Program-made: the position numbers and the translations under genes
NCBI GenBank assembly: GCA_045633705.1
Contig: JAZQYV010000005.1
Span: 24,561-88,560, forward strand
Length of the DNA: 64,000 bases
Reading direction: 5' to 3'
Source: Candidatus Onthoplasma sp.
GTDB lineage: Bacteria > Bacillota > Clostridia > Christensenellales > UBA1242
Notes under the pieces: generated by a model
What the model saw: the letters and a program-made list of their open reading frames with translations, nothing else
Told to the model about the DNA's origin: nothing
The model's database searches: none
Shown: piece after piece, positions 30,904 through 42,677 of the stretch
Position numbering within the stretch: position 1 is the first letter of the stretch
Layout of the letters: each line of letters starts with the position of its first letter

Positions 30904-31422
30904 ATGTTCTATATTGATAACAAAATTTTGAATATGGAAAACAATAAAGAATATGTACAAATTGTAAAATATCTTGAAAATTTATTTTTAAATGACAATA
31001 ATGTAGACATAATTGTATCAATAGTAGGATATTCGTGGTATCTTTTTGTTGAAGGTCCATGTCTTTTCCCTGAAATATCAAATAAAGATTTGGAATATTT
31101 AAAAACCGCATGGTTAAAATATCATGATATGGCATTAACTCACTATAAAGATAATGATGAACTATACTTTATTTTGGGATATACTTTTTACTTACATGGA
31201 TTTTATATTAAAAATATAACAAATAATGAACAAATTGGATTAGGCTTAATAAGCAAAAGTAATAGTATTACAAAAAATGATGAACTAAAATCAATTATAG
31301 AAATTTTTATAAAAAGAAGTAAAAATAAAAAGACAAATAAAATTGATTATTCATCTTCAATATTTAAAACCAACTCTTTGTTAGATATGTATTTTAGGGA
31401 AATGTTTTATATAATCAAGTAG
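30904..31422 (+). CDS. Hypothetical protein (very AT-rich, between def and fmt)
   Basis: AAGGAG RBS; 172 aa. Confidence 0.65.
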   Translation: MFYIDNKILNMENNKEYVQIVKYLENLFLNDNNVDIIVSIVGYSWYLFVEGPCLFPEISNKDLEYLKTAWLKYHDMALTHYKDNDELYFILGYTFYLHGFYIKNITNNEQIGLGLISKSNSITKNDELKSIIEIFIKRSKNKKTNKIDYSSSIFKTNSLLDMYFREMFYIIK

Positions 31423-31440
31423 ATAAATAAAGGATAAATA

Positions 31441-32367
31441 ATGAACATAGTATTTTTTGGAACTAATGAGTTTAGTGCTACGGTGGCGGAAAGTATACTT
31501 AATAGCGAACATAAGATTTTGGCGATAGTGGCACAACCCGATAAAGCAAACAGTAGGGGTGGCAAGGTTAAGTTTAATGCACTTAAACAATTTGCATTAA
31601 ATAATAATATTCCACTTCATCAATTTGCTAAACTTAATATTGAGGGTGAAGAAGTGTTGCGTGAATACAATGCTGACTTTTTTGTAACCGCATCGTATGG
31701 TCAAATTATCAAGCAAAACATACTTGATTTGCCTAAATATTGTATTGTTAATGTGCACGGCTCGTTGTTACCTAAATATCGTGGACCAGCACCTATACAA
31801 TGGAGCATAATTAATGGCGAAAAGGTTACTGGTGTAACTATTATGAAGACCGAGTTAGGTCTTGACTGCGGTGAAATGTATTTAAAAAAGGAAATTAAAA
31901 TTACACCAGATGACACTAGCGATAGTTTGTTTAGCAAAATGGCTATTGTTGGTGGCGAGGCGATAGTTGAATTTTTAGATAATGCCGAGCATTACATAAA
32001 TAACGGCGAATTGCAAAACGAAATCGATATGACATATTACCCAATGCTAACCAAGGAAATGGCACATATTGATTTTAATACTGAAAGTCAAAAACTAGTC
32101 GACCTAATTCGTGGGCAATATAGTTGCAATACAATGTACTTTACCTTTAATGGTGCTAGATATAAGGTTGGTTTTGCACGTGTTGTGGAAGGACAAGGAA
32201 GTGCTGGCGAAGTATTAGAGGCAAGTGCAAAGAAAGGACTTATAGTTGCCACAAGCGATAGTGCTATTGAAATAATCAAAATCCAACCAGAAGGCAAACC
32301 AATGATGGACGCCCGTGCATTCTGCAATGGCGGAAAGATAAAGGTTGGAGCCTTTATCAATGAATAG
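31441..32367 (+). CDS. fmt: Methionyl-tRNA formyltransferase
   Basis: FFGT..F, QPDK, NVHGSLLPKYRGPAPIQ and GLDCG. Confidence 0.96.
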   Translation: MNIVFFGTNEFSATVAESILNSEHKILAIVAQPDKANSRGGKVKFNALKQFALNNNIPLHQFAKLNIEGEEVLREYNADFFVTASYGQIIKQNILDLPKYCIVNVHGSLLPKYRGPAPIQWSIINGEKVTGVTIMKTELGLDCGEMYLKKEIKITPDDTSDSLFSKMAIVGGEAIVEFLDNAEHYINNGELQNEIDMTYYPMLTKEMAHIDFNTESQKLVDLIRGQYSCNTMYFTFNGARYKVGFARVVEGQGSAGEVLEASAKKGLIVATSDSAIEIIKIQPEGKPMMDARAFCNGGKIKVGAFINE

Positions 32368-32395
32368 TGAAAAATTGCGTACGATATCACATTTA
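32359..32395 (+). repeat. Degenerate heptamer-repeat element overlapping the fmt stop
   Basis: AATGAAT AGTGAAA AATT... Confidence 0.45.
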
Positions 32396-32409
32396 TTACA
32401 AATGAATTA

Positions 32410-32536
32410 TGTCATACCGACCGAGTAAGGCGAGTGGAGTGTATCTGGCTGAAAGTTTAATTATAGTTAACATTAATTTTAACATTTGACCATTAACCAG
32501 ATACTCTCGACGCGCTACGCTTGCTTCGGTATGACA
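32410..32536. repeat. GC-rich palindromic REP/MITE-like element
   Basis: Terminal IR TGTCATACCGA / TCGGTATGACA and inner IR GAGTGTATCTGG / CCAGATACTCTC around an AT-rich core. Confidence 0.75.
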
Positions 32537-32567
32537 AAACAATAATAGCAAAAAAGGGAAAACAAAA

Positions 32568-33593
32568 GTGAAAATATTAGCGGATTATAGTTTAAACGAA
32601 TTACAAGAGTTGCTTAACTTGCCTAAGTTTAGGGTTAAGCAGATTTTTGATGCAATAATGCAAGCTAAGGACTATAATCAAACCACTATTCCTAAAAAGA
32701 TGTATGAAGAGTTGCAAGGCGAGTATATTTTAAAGCCGGTTGAGATTTTTGAAGTATACTGTTCACAGGATGGTACTAAAAAGTATTTGTTAAAGTTGTG
32801 GGACAACAATATTATCGAATGTGTGTTCCTAACTCAAAACTATGGCAACACTATTTGTATGTCAACGCAAGTTGGTTGTCGTATGGGGTGTAAATTTTGT
32901 GCATCTACTACTAATGGCCTAATTCGTAATTTAAGTGCGGGCGAAATGCTAAGTTGTATTGCAACTGTTAGTGCAGATAATGGCAAGTGCAACGAGCGTA
33001 ATTTTACCAACATTGTGCTTATGGGTAGTGGTGAACCATTTGATAACTATGACAATGTAGTTAAGTTTTTAAGGCTGATTACCAACACTGATGGCTTTAA
33101 TGTTAGCGAACGCAATATTTCGCTTTCTACTTGCGGGCTTGTACCAAAGATTTATGATTTTATGAAGGAGGAACTGAATGTAACACTTTGTGTATCGTTG
33201 CACGCCAGCACGGACGAAGTGCGTAAAACTATAATGCCTATTGCTAATGCGTATACAATTAAGGAAATTGTTGAGGCGTTAAAGGTGTATAGCGAAACTA
33301 CTAAGCGTAGAGTGGTATTAGAATATTGCCTAATTAAAGATGTAAATGATAGTTTTGATGATTGTAAGCGACTAGCAAATTTATTTAAAGGTATTACCTG
33401 CCACTTTAATGTGATATGCCTAAATCCTAATGGTGGAAGTTTAAAGGCAACCACTAAAAAGGAAGCATATGCGTTTGTAAGGAAACTTGAAAGTTTGGGC
33501 TTAAGTGCAAGTTTACGTCGAAGTCAAGGCAGTGACATCAACGGCGCTTGCGGTCAATTAAGGGCAAAAAGATTAAAGGAAATTTGTGAATAA
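32568..33593 (+). CDS. rlmN: 23S rRNA/tRNA m2A methyltransferase RlmN
   Basis: CRMGCKFC radical-SAM motif, MGSGEP and ACGQL. Confidence 0.93.
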   Translation: MKILADYSLNELQELLNLPKFRVKQIFDAIMQAKDYNQTTIPKKMYEELQGEYILKPVEIFEVYCSQDGTKKYLLKLWDNNIIECVFLTQNYGNTICMSTQVGCRMGCKFCASTTNGLIRNLSAGEMLSCIATVSADNGKCNERNFTNIVLMGSGEPFDNYDNVVKFLRLITNTDGFNVSERNISLSTCGLVPKIYDFMKEELNVTLCVSLHASTDEVRKTIMPIANAYTIKEIVEALKVYSETTKRRVVLEYCLIKDVNDSFDDCKRLANLFKGITCHFNVICLNPNGGSLKATTKKEAYAFVRKLESLGLSASLRRSQGSDINGACGQLRAKRLKEICE

Positions 33594-33736
33594 ATTTAAA
33601 GTTGATGTCAATAGTTTTTGACATTAATTTTTTTATGTGGTATAATGATAATATAAATAATTTTAAGGCAAATAATATTAATTAGGACAAACATTATTAA
33701 GCTTTATCTAAAATAAAAATACATAAGAGGTGAATT

Positions 33737-34393
33737 ATGGCAAAAATTGTAGTAAGTGCATCAAGCTTGCCAGCAGGTAGAAATATGTCTAGTCAGTTGG
33801 ACTATATTAAGAAAATGCAAAATTTTGGCGCGGACATGTACCACTTGGATGTAATGGACGGCCTGTTTGTTAAAAATCAAACAGTAGATTACACATATTT
33901 GGAAGAGTTGAAGATGAGCTCAACATTGCTTTTTGATGTGCATTTGATGGTGCAGTACCCAACCAAGGTTATAGCAAAATATGCAAAAGCTGGCGCAAAT
34001 ATTTTAACTATACATTATGAGGCGTTTGCCAACGATAAGCTTTTTGTTAAAACTTTAAAAAAGATTAAACATCTTGGTATGATGGCAGGTATTGCTATTG
34101 ACCTTGACACCGATATTAGCATTATTCAACCATTTTTAAAATATTGTGACCTAGTGCTTGTAATGACGGTTAAGGCAGGCAAAGGCGGTCAAGGCTTTAT
34201 TGAAAGCGCACTAAAAAAGGTTAAGGCAATTAAAAAGGCTGATAAACGAATTTTGGTGGAAGTTGATGGCGGAATTAATGATGTTACAGGTGCAAAAGCA
34301 GTAAAGGCTGGTGCTGATATACTTGTTAGCGGCTCATACATTTATAACAACGATTCCTATGAGGCAATCCAAAGCTTGAAAGGTAAAAAGTAA
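33737..34393 (+). CDS. rpe: Ribulose-phosphate 3-epimerase
   Basis: HLDVMDG, DVHLMV, VMTV..G.GGQ and VDGGIN. Confidence 0.92.
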   Translation: MAKIVVSASSLPAGRNMSSQLDYIKKMQNFGADMYHLDVMDGLFVKNQTVDYTYLEELKMSSTLLFDVHLMVQYPTKVIAKYAKAGANILTIHYEAFANDKLFVKTLKKIKHLGMMAGIAIDLDTDISIIQPFLKYCDLVLVMTVKAGKGGQGFIESALKKVKAIKKADKRILVEVDGGINDVTGAKAVKAGADILVSGSYIYNNDSYEAIQSLKGKK

Positions 34394-35121
34394 TGGATAA
34401 TAGATACTTTTTTGAATACAACCAGCAAGTAAATGCTGGCGATATTATAGAATTAGACAAAACCGAAACATCACATCTAGTAAAAGTGCGCCGCGCTAAA
34501 ATTGGCGACACTATTACAGGCTTTTGTGGTGATGGATTTGACTATACTTTAATCATTGATGAAATAGGCAAGACCACTAAATGCCGTATTGATGGGAAAG
34601 TTAAAAATAAGGCGGTTGATGTTACACCGGTAACGGTGTTTTTGTCTACGCTTAAAAATGACGCGTTAAATGAAAGTATTGATAATCTTACTCAACTTAA
34701 TGTTAAAAACATTGTGTTATTTGACACCAAATTTAGCGTTGCAAATATTGATGAGGACAAGCTTGAGAAATTGCGTACTCGTAGTATTCAAGCATGCAAA
34801 CAATGTGAGCGTGCCGATTTTGTTAATATTACCAGTATGAAATATAAGAAAGTTATTAGCTGCCTTAAAGAATACGATTTAGTGCTATTTGCTTACGAAA
34901 ACACAAGCAATTCTTTTGAAAGCAATTTAAAAGAGTTTAAAGGTAAAAAGATTGCCTTAATAGTAGGTTGCGAAGGTGGATTTAGCCCTGAAGAGGCAGA
35001 AGAATTTAACAAAGTTGCAAAAACTATATCTTTAGGTAAAACTATACTTCGTGCGCCAGTTGCGTGTACGGCACTAGTGTCGGCAGTGATGAGCGGACTT
35101 GGCGAGTGGGGAAACGGCTAA
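34393..35121 (+). CDS. rsmE: 16S rRNA m3U1498 methyltransferase RsmE
   Basis: HLVKVRR, ACKQCER, VGCEGGFS and LGKTILRA. Confidence 0.9.
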   Translation: MDNRYFFEYNQQVNAGDIIELDKTETSHLVKVRRAKIGDTITGFCGDGFDYTLIIDEIGKTTKCRIDGKVKNKAVDVTPVTVFLSTLKNDALNESIDNLTQLNVKNIVLFDTKFSVANIDEDKLEKLRTRSIQACKQCERADFVNITSMKYKKVISCLKEYDLVLFAYENTSNSFESNLKEFKGKKIALIVGCEGGFSPEEAEEFNKVAKTISLGKTILRAPVACTALVSAVMSGLGEWGNG

Positions 35122-35179
35122 CGCCGAATGAAGAATGAAAAATGAAGAGTGAAAAACTAAAGGACGTTGTAGCATTATA
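35113..35179 (+). repeat. Heptamer-repeat element overlapping the rsmE stop
   Basis: AACGGCT AACGCCG AATGAAG AATGAAA AATGAAG AGTGAAA AACT..GCATTATA. Confidence 0.7.
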
Positions 35180-35246
35180 GACATCAAGACATAAAAATAT
35201 TTAGGAAGCGTTTGTGTTTATAACATTAAGATAAAGGGAGAAAATT

Positions 35247-35897
35247 ATGAAAGTGATTTTTGCAACAACTAATAATAGGAAATTGGAAGATTTGAATAAT
35301 ATTATTAGTGAAAATGGTTTAAATTTAGAGGTTTTATCTTTAGGTGATATTGGTTGGGATAGAGGCGAGATTGAAGAAAATGGAAACTCTATTTATGAAA
35401 ACTCATTAATTAAAGCAAATGCAGTTTTTGATTTTTGCAAACAAGCCAACATTAATTATCCAATTATTACTGATGATGCAGGTTTATTTGTAGATGCATT
35501 AAATGGAGAGCCTGGTATTTATACGGCAAGATATGCTGATTTTGAATTTTCTCAAAATAAAGATTTGCCTAAACATTATGTGTTGATTAAAATGCTTAAT
35601 AATATGGAAAATCAAATAAACAGAGATTGTGAATATAGATGTGCTATTACTATTATGTTTAATGATGGAACATATAAGCAATTTGATGGTTCAACCAAAG
35701 GATTGATAGATACTAAAATTAATGATCCAATAAAGAAACCTTATTTTTATTCATTGTTTATAGATAAAAACACAATGACACCATTCAATCAATTAACAAG
35801 CGAGCAATTAAAAAATACATATAGATATACAACACTTACTAAGGCGTTGAAGTTTTTGGACTTACAATCTTCAAAAACTAGAACTATTCAAAAATAA
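35247..35897 (+). CDS. HAM1/RdgB-like NTP pyrophosphatase (atypical C-terminus)
   Basis: FATTNNRK, EENG..ENSLIKA and DDAGLFVDALNGEPGIYTARY. Confidence 0.85.
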   Translation: MKVIFATTNNRKLEDLNNIISENGLNLEVLSLGDIGWDRGEIEENGNSIYENSLIKANAVFDFCKQANINYPIITDDAGLFVDALNGEPGIYTARYADFEFSQNKDLPKHYVLIKMLNNMENQINRDCEYRCAITIMFNDGTYKQFDGSTKGLIDTKINDPIKKPYFYSLFIDKNTMTPFNQLTSEQLKNTYRYTTLTKALKFLDLQSSKTRTIQK

Positions 35898-35914
35898 TTT
35901 ATATGGGAGAACTA

Positions 35915-37156
35915 ATGAAATTTAGCATAATAACGCTTGGGTGCAAGGTTAATGAGTATGAAAGTCAAAGCATGATGGCTCAACTAGAACAGGAGGGGCA
36001 TCAGGTGAGTGAAGGACTGGTGGTGGCGGATTATTATATTATTAACACCTGTGCGGTTACTAATATGGCGGAGCGTAAGTCAAGGCAAGTAATTGCAAAG
36101 ATTAAAAAACTTAATCCTAATGCCAAAATGCTGGTATGCGGATGTGCAAGTCAAAATAACTTGAAGCAATTTGAGGATTATGAGCAGGTTGTGGGAATTA
36201 TTGGCACGCATGGCAAGCATAATATTGTAAAGTATTTGGAGCACAAAGGCATACTTGATATGACTGAAGAATATACAAATATGAGTTTTGCAAAAAACAC
36301 ACTTACAAGGCAATATATCAAAGTGCAAGATGGTTGCAATAACTTTTGTACCTATTGTATAATACCATATACTCGTGGACGTAGCCGTAGCAGGGAATTA
36401 AATGATATATTGGAAGAGATAAAGCAAAATACAGCGCTTGAAATTGTGATTACTGGCATAGATGTTAGTGATTATAAAATTGATGGCGAAAAGGCTCTTA
36501 TAACATTACTTGAAGAAGTTAACAAACTTGGCAAGCGTTTTAGAATTTCATCTATACATTGTGGGGTATTAACTGAAGAATTTTTAACACGTTTAAGTAA
36601 GTGTGAAAACTTTTGTCCATTTTTTCATATAAGTATGCAATCGGCAAGCAATGAAACTTTAAAGCGTATGAACCGCCATTATGCTATTGAAGAATATATT
36701 GATGTATGTAATAACGTTAAGAGACATTTTCCAAACGCGTGTATTTCGACTGATATTATAGTGGGCTTTAAGGGCGAAAGTGAAGAAGAATTTGCTGAAA
36801 CTGTACTTAATTTAAATAAAATACCATTTGCTTTTATGCATATTTTTCCTTATAGCATACGCAAAGGCACGGTGGCGGAAAAGTTATCGGGTGATGTGCC
36901 TAGTGAGATAGTTAAGCAACGTGAAAAAGATTTAAAACAACTTAGCGATAAATTTTATGATAAATTTTTAACTGAAAATATAGGTAAAACACACAAGGTG
37001 TTGGTTGAAGAATATAGAGATGGATATAGCGTGGGCTATACTGAAAATTATATTTATACATATATTGACCAAAAGCTACCTAATGGCATTTACGAAGTTG
37101 AACTTATTGAAAAGTTTAAAGATGGGTGTCGTGGGCAAATTATTGCTAATGATTAA
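35915..37156 (+). CDS. mtaB: tRNA t6A37 methylthiotransferase MtaB
   Basis: TLGCKVNEYES, NTCAVT, GC and QDGCNNFCTYCIIP; follows rsmE. Confidence 0.93.
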   Translation: MKFSIITLGCKVNEYESQSMMAQLEQEGHQVSEGLVVADYYIINTCAVTNMAERKSRQVIAKIKKLNPNAKMLVCGCASQNNLKQFEDYEQVVGIIGTHGKHNIVKYLEHKGILDMTEEYTNMSFAKNTLTRQYIKVQDGCNNFCTYCIIPYTRGRSRSRELNDILEEIKQNTALEIVITGIDVSDYKIDGEKALITLLEEVNKLGKRFRISSIHCGVLTEEFLTRLSKCENFCPFFHISMQSASNETLKRMNRHYAIEEYIDVCNNVKRHFPNACISTDIIVGFKGESEEEFAETVLNLNKIPFAFMHIFPYSIRKGTVAEKLSGDVPSEIVKQREKDLKQLSDKFYDKFLTENIGKTHKVLVEEYRDGYSVGYTENYIYTYIDQKLPNGIYEVELIEKFKDGCRGQIIAND

Positions 37157-37200
37157 TTAATAATCAAGAGTGAATAATTGAGTGGTGCTTTGGCATTATA
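37148..37200 (+). repeat. Heptamer-repeat element overlapping the mtaB stop
   Basis: AATGATT AATTAAT AATCAAG AGTGAAT AATT..GGTGCTTTGGCATTATA. Confidence 0.7.
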
Positions 37201-37281
37201 TTTTATAAAAAACAAAAGTTAAAATTTATTTGGAGAAAATTAAAATTTGTGTTATACTAAAATTATATAGGAGAGGTTGGT

Positions 37282-37617
37282 ATGGAAGATTGTATTTTTT
37301 GTAAGATTAGAGTGGGTGAAATACCTAGCACAAAGTTGTATGAAGATGAAGATTTTATGATAATTAAGGACATCAATCCTGTTGCTAAAATCCATTTGAT
37401 TGCAATCCCTAACGAGCATTATGCAACATTAGAGATGCAAACAGATGAAGGCGCAAGAGTGCTTGGTAAGATTTTAAGCAAGATTGGTGACTTGGCAGAT
37501 AGCCTAGGCCTTGAAAATGGGTATCGACTTGTAATCAATCAAGGTGAAGATGCTGGTCAAACAGTACATCATCTACATATTCATATAATGGGTGGCGAAA
37601 AGCTTAAGAATTTATAA
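37282..37617 (+). CDS. HIT family nucleotide-binding protein
   Basis: DCIFCKI and AGQTVHHLHIHI. Confidence 0.95.
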   Translation: MEDCIFCKIRVGEIPSTKLYEDEDFMIIKDINPVAKIHLIAIPNEHYATLEMQTDEGARVLGKILSKIGDLADSLGLENGYRLVINQGEDAGQTVHHLHIHIMGGEKLKNL

Positions 37618-37840
37618 TTGAAATAACAAAAGATTTAGTGGTAAGACACTAAATTTTTTGTTTGTAACGATAATCAGCTTGTTATAAAACTGGTTTTAGG
37701 GGTTAATTTGGGAACATGATAAGTAAAAAATGTGTTAAAATATTAAAAAATTTGGAAAAGTTGTAAAAATCTATTGACAAAAGCGAATTGGGTGTGTAAA
37801 ATAGAAAAGAATTTATAAGACCAAAGGTGGTGAAAATAGA

Positions 37841-38029
37841 ATGAGTACAGTAAGAGTTGGAGAAAACGAATCTGTTGAAAGTGCTTTAAAGCGTTTTAAG
37901 CGTAAATGCCAAAAAGATGGCATTATTGGCGACTTGAGAAAGAAAGAACAATACGAAAAGCCTAGCGTTAGAAAGAAAAAGAAAAGCGAAGCTGCACGTA
38001 AGCGTGCTATGAAGAAGAGCAGATATTAA
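37841..38029 (+). CDS. rpsU: 30S ribosomal protein S21
   Basis: [27 protein letters not shown]. Confidence 0.97.
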   Translation: MSTVRVGENESVESALKRFKRKCQKDGIIGDLRKKEQYEKPSVRKKKKSEAARKRAMKKSRY

Positions 38030-38137
38030 TATTTAAAGATGTAACTTAACGGTTGCATCTTTTTTTGTGTCTAAGTTAAGTTATTTTATTTGTTAAAAAT
38101 TTAAGTTTGTGATATAATCTATTCAATTGGAGATATT

Positions 38138-40504
38138 ATGGATTATTCTACTTTACTTAATGAAGAACAATTAAAGGCGGTGCTTAATACTGAAGGGCCA
38201 GTATTAGTGTCGGCCGGTGCGGGCTCTGGAAAGACTAGGGTGTTAACATATCGCATAGCATATTTGCTTACCGAACTGCACGTAGACCCATACAGAATAT
38301 TGGCTATTACATTTACCAACAAAGCCACAAATGAAATGAAAGAACGTGTATGCAAAATACGTGAAGATGCATCTAATGTGCTGGTTGCAACATTTCATAG
38401 TTTTTGTGTAAGAATGCTACGTAAATATCAATCAGTGTTAACCGACTATCAACCAAATTTTAGTATATACACCGACACCGACCAAACCAAAGTATTTAAG
38501 CAAGTATTTGCAGATTTAGGCATTAGTGATGATGACACCAAAGGCAAGATAAAACATGCCATTAGCGCTATTAAAAGTGATAATATTCATATAGACGAAT
38601 ATTGCGAAATTAACAAGCATAGCAAAGGCATTGATGTTATAAAGCGTGGGTATTTAGCATATCAAAACGAGCTTAAGAAAAACAATGCAATGGACTTTGA
38701 CGACCTGCTTATAAACTTTTACAAACTTATTGCTACAAACCAGGATGTGCGCGAGAGTTTGCAAGAGCGCTTTCAGTATATTCACGTGGACGAATTCCAG
38801 GATACAAACAAATTACAATATGACATTATACGTATACTTGCCGACAAGCATCAAAATATATTTATAGTTGGAGATGAGGACCAATCAATATACAGCTGGC
38901 GTGGCGCGAATATTGGAAACATATTCCAATTTTCAAAAGACTTTAAGAACGTAAAGATATTTAAGCTTGAACAAAACTATCGTAGCACAAAGGCAATATT
39001 AGATAAAGCCAATATGCTAATTGAAAACAACAAAAACAGGTTGAGTAAAAAATTATATACCAACAACGACCAAGGAACTGATGTTAACTATTTTTGCGCA
39101 AGAGATGAACAAGATGAGGCAGATTATGTAGTGCGTCATATATTGCAACAACGTGCCCAAGGGGTTGATTTAAACAACATTGCAATACTGCTGCGCCTAA
39201 ATGCGCTTACGCGCCCATTTGAAGAAAAATTATTGGCATATAATGTGCCACACAAAATATATAATGGTGTAAAGTTTTATGAACGTGCGGAGATTAAAAG
39301 CACGTTATCATATTTGATTGCAATAGTGAACCCTAACGACAGCACAAGCTTTAGCAGGCTTATAAACTTTCCTAAACGTGGAATTGGCGAAACCAGTATA
39401 TCTCAAATTAAGGCACTTGCTGAAATGCGCCAATGCAGCATGAAAGATATAATATACAACTGCGAAACCGAAGATATAAAACCAGCATTAAGGGCAAAAC
39501 TGCAGCCATTAAAGCAATTACTAAAAGGTATTGATGAACAGGCACTAAAAGGCGACTTGTACGAGCTTATAACATATATCATCGACGAGGCAAAGATACT
39601 GCAAAGCTTTAATCAAAAAGATGAAACAGAACTGGATAGGTATATAAACGTTACATCTCTTATAAAATCGATTAAAGACTACCAAGAGGCAAATCCAGAC
39701 GCAACACTTAATGAATATTTAGAGAGTGTAACACTTATAAGCGATATCGATACTGAAAGCTCAAAGAACGGCGTAATTATTGCAACAGTGCATGCGGCTA
39801 AAGGACTAGAGTTTGACACCGTGTTTATATCAGGGCTAGAGGAAAAGATATTCCCTGTATCACGTGCCGACCAAGAAGACCAAGAGGAAGAACGTCGACT
39901 TATGTATGTGGCAATAACACGTGCTCGCAAAGATTTGTACTTAACTAGCAGTAGTTCACGCTTTATGTATGGTAAACGTGATGCGGCAGTTAAAAGTAGG
40001 TTCTTACGTGAAATTGATATGGTTAAGGACCAAGCATTTGGTTACGGCGGATATTATGGTAATGAGTATACAAGTGCATATGGCAAGTATCGTGCTGATA
40101 CTGAACAGGGCAGTTACAACAGCGATTATAGTTATGGAAGTTCAAACAAATATATAGCGCGTACTAATCCTGCATATAAGGGATATACTAGTTCTAGTTA
40201 TGGTAGTAGCCCTAGACCTACACAAAGCAATACAAATCTTAACTTTAAAACTAATAGTTTTGGTGGCGGAAGTACAATAGGCGGATTAAATATTGCAGGA
40301 ATAAGTAAAGGCGTTTCTAAGCAAAGTGTGGATACATCTAAAGTAGTGGCAGGAGCAAAGGTAAAACATATTAAGTTTGGCGACGGGGTTATAGCAGATA
40401 CAAGCACATACGCAAGCAACAAATGCGTTACTATTGATTTTGGAGTAATAGGCAAAAAGACATTGTCACTTGACTATGCGCCAATAACGTTTGTTAATGG
40501 TTAA
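38138..40504 (+). CDS. pcrA: ATP-dependent DNA helicase PcrA/UvrD
   Basis: AGAGSGKT, DEFQDTN, QNYRST, HAAKGLEF and EERRLMYVAITRA; C-terminal Tudor-like VKHIKFGDG. Confidence 0.96.
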   Translation: MDYSTLLNEEQLKAVLNTEGPVLVSAGAGSGKTRVLTYRIAYLLTELHVDPYRILAITFTNKATNEMKERVCKIREDASNVLVATFHSFCVRMLRKYQSVLTDYQPNFSIYTDTDQTKVFKQVFADLGISDDDTKGKIKHAISAIKSDNIHIDEYCEINKHSKGIDVIKRGYLAYQNELKKNNAMDFDDLLINFYKLIATNQDVRESLQERFQYIHVDEFQDTNKLQYDIIRILADKHQNIFIVGDEDQSIYSWRGANIGNIFQFSKDFKNVKIFKLEQNYRSTKAILDKANMLIENNKNRLSKKLYTNNDQGTDVNYFCARDEQDEADYVVRHILQQRAQGVDLNNIAILLRLNALTRPFEEKLLAYNVPHKIYNGVKFYERAEIKSTLSYLIAIVNPNDSTSFSRLINFPKRGIGETSISQIKALAEMRQCSMKDIIYNCETEDIKPALRAKLQPLKQLLKGIDEQALKGDLYELITYIIDEAKILQSFNQKDETELDRYINVTSLIKSIKDYQEANPDATLNEYLESVTLISDIDTESSKNGVIIATVHAAKGLEFDTVFISGLEEKIFPVSRADQEDQEEERRLMYVAITRARKDLYLTSSSSRFMYGKRDAAVKSRFLREIDMVKDQAFGYGGYYGNEYTSAYGKYRADTEQGSYNSDYSYGSSNKYIARTNPAYKGYTSSSYGSSPRPTQSNTNLNFKTNSFGGGSTIGGLNIAGISKGVSKQSVDTSKVVAGAKVKHIKFGDGVIADTSTYASNKCVTIDFGVIGKKTLSLDYAPITFVNG

Positions 40505-40547
40505 TGAATAATGAAGAATGAACAACTATTGATGCTTTCGCATTATA
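40496..40547 (+). repeat. Heptamer-repeat element overlapping the pcrA stop
   Basis: AATGGTT AATGAAT AATGAAG AATGAAC AACT..GATGCTTTCGCATTATA. Confidence 0.75.
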
Positions 40548-40561
40548 CTAACAAAACATAA

Positions 40562-42532
<1,971 letters not shown>

Positions 42533-42677
42533 AAAACAATCTAATCTTTTTTATATGCCTTATTTTGGGTAAATTTGCTAAAAAGCTATATTTTGTTTGG
42601 AAAAAAAAGAGAGTTTTGCTATAATATAGATACTTAAGTGTCTTTTTTATTGTTTACTAAGGACAAAAAGGGGAGTT

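Noticed and set aside
30883-31418. ATAATCAA direct repeat flanking the def-fmt insert as a target-site duplication
   Set aside because: An 8-bp AT-rich match is expected by chance, and the second copy is inside the ORF.
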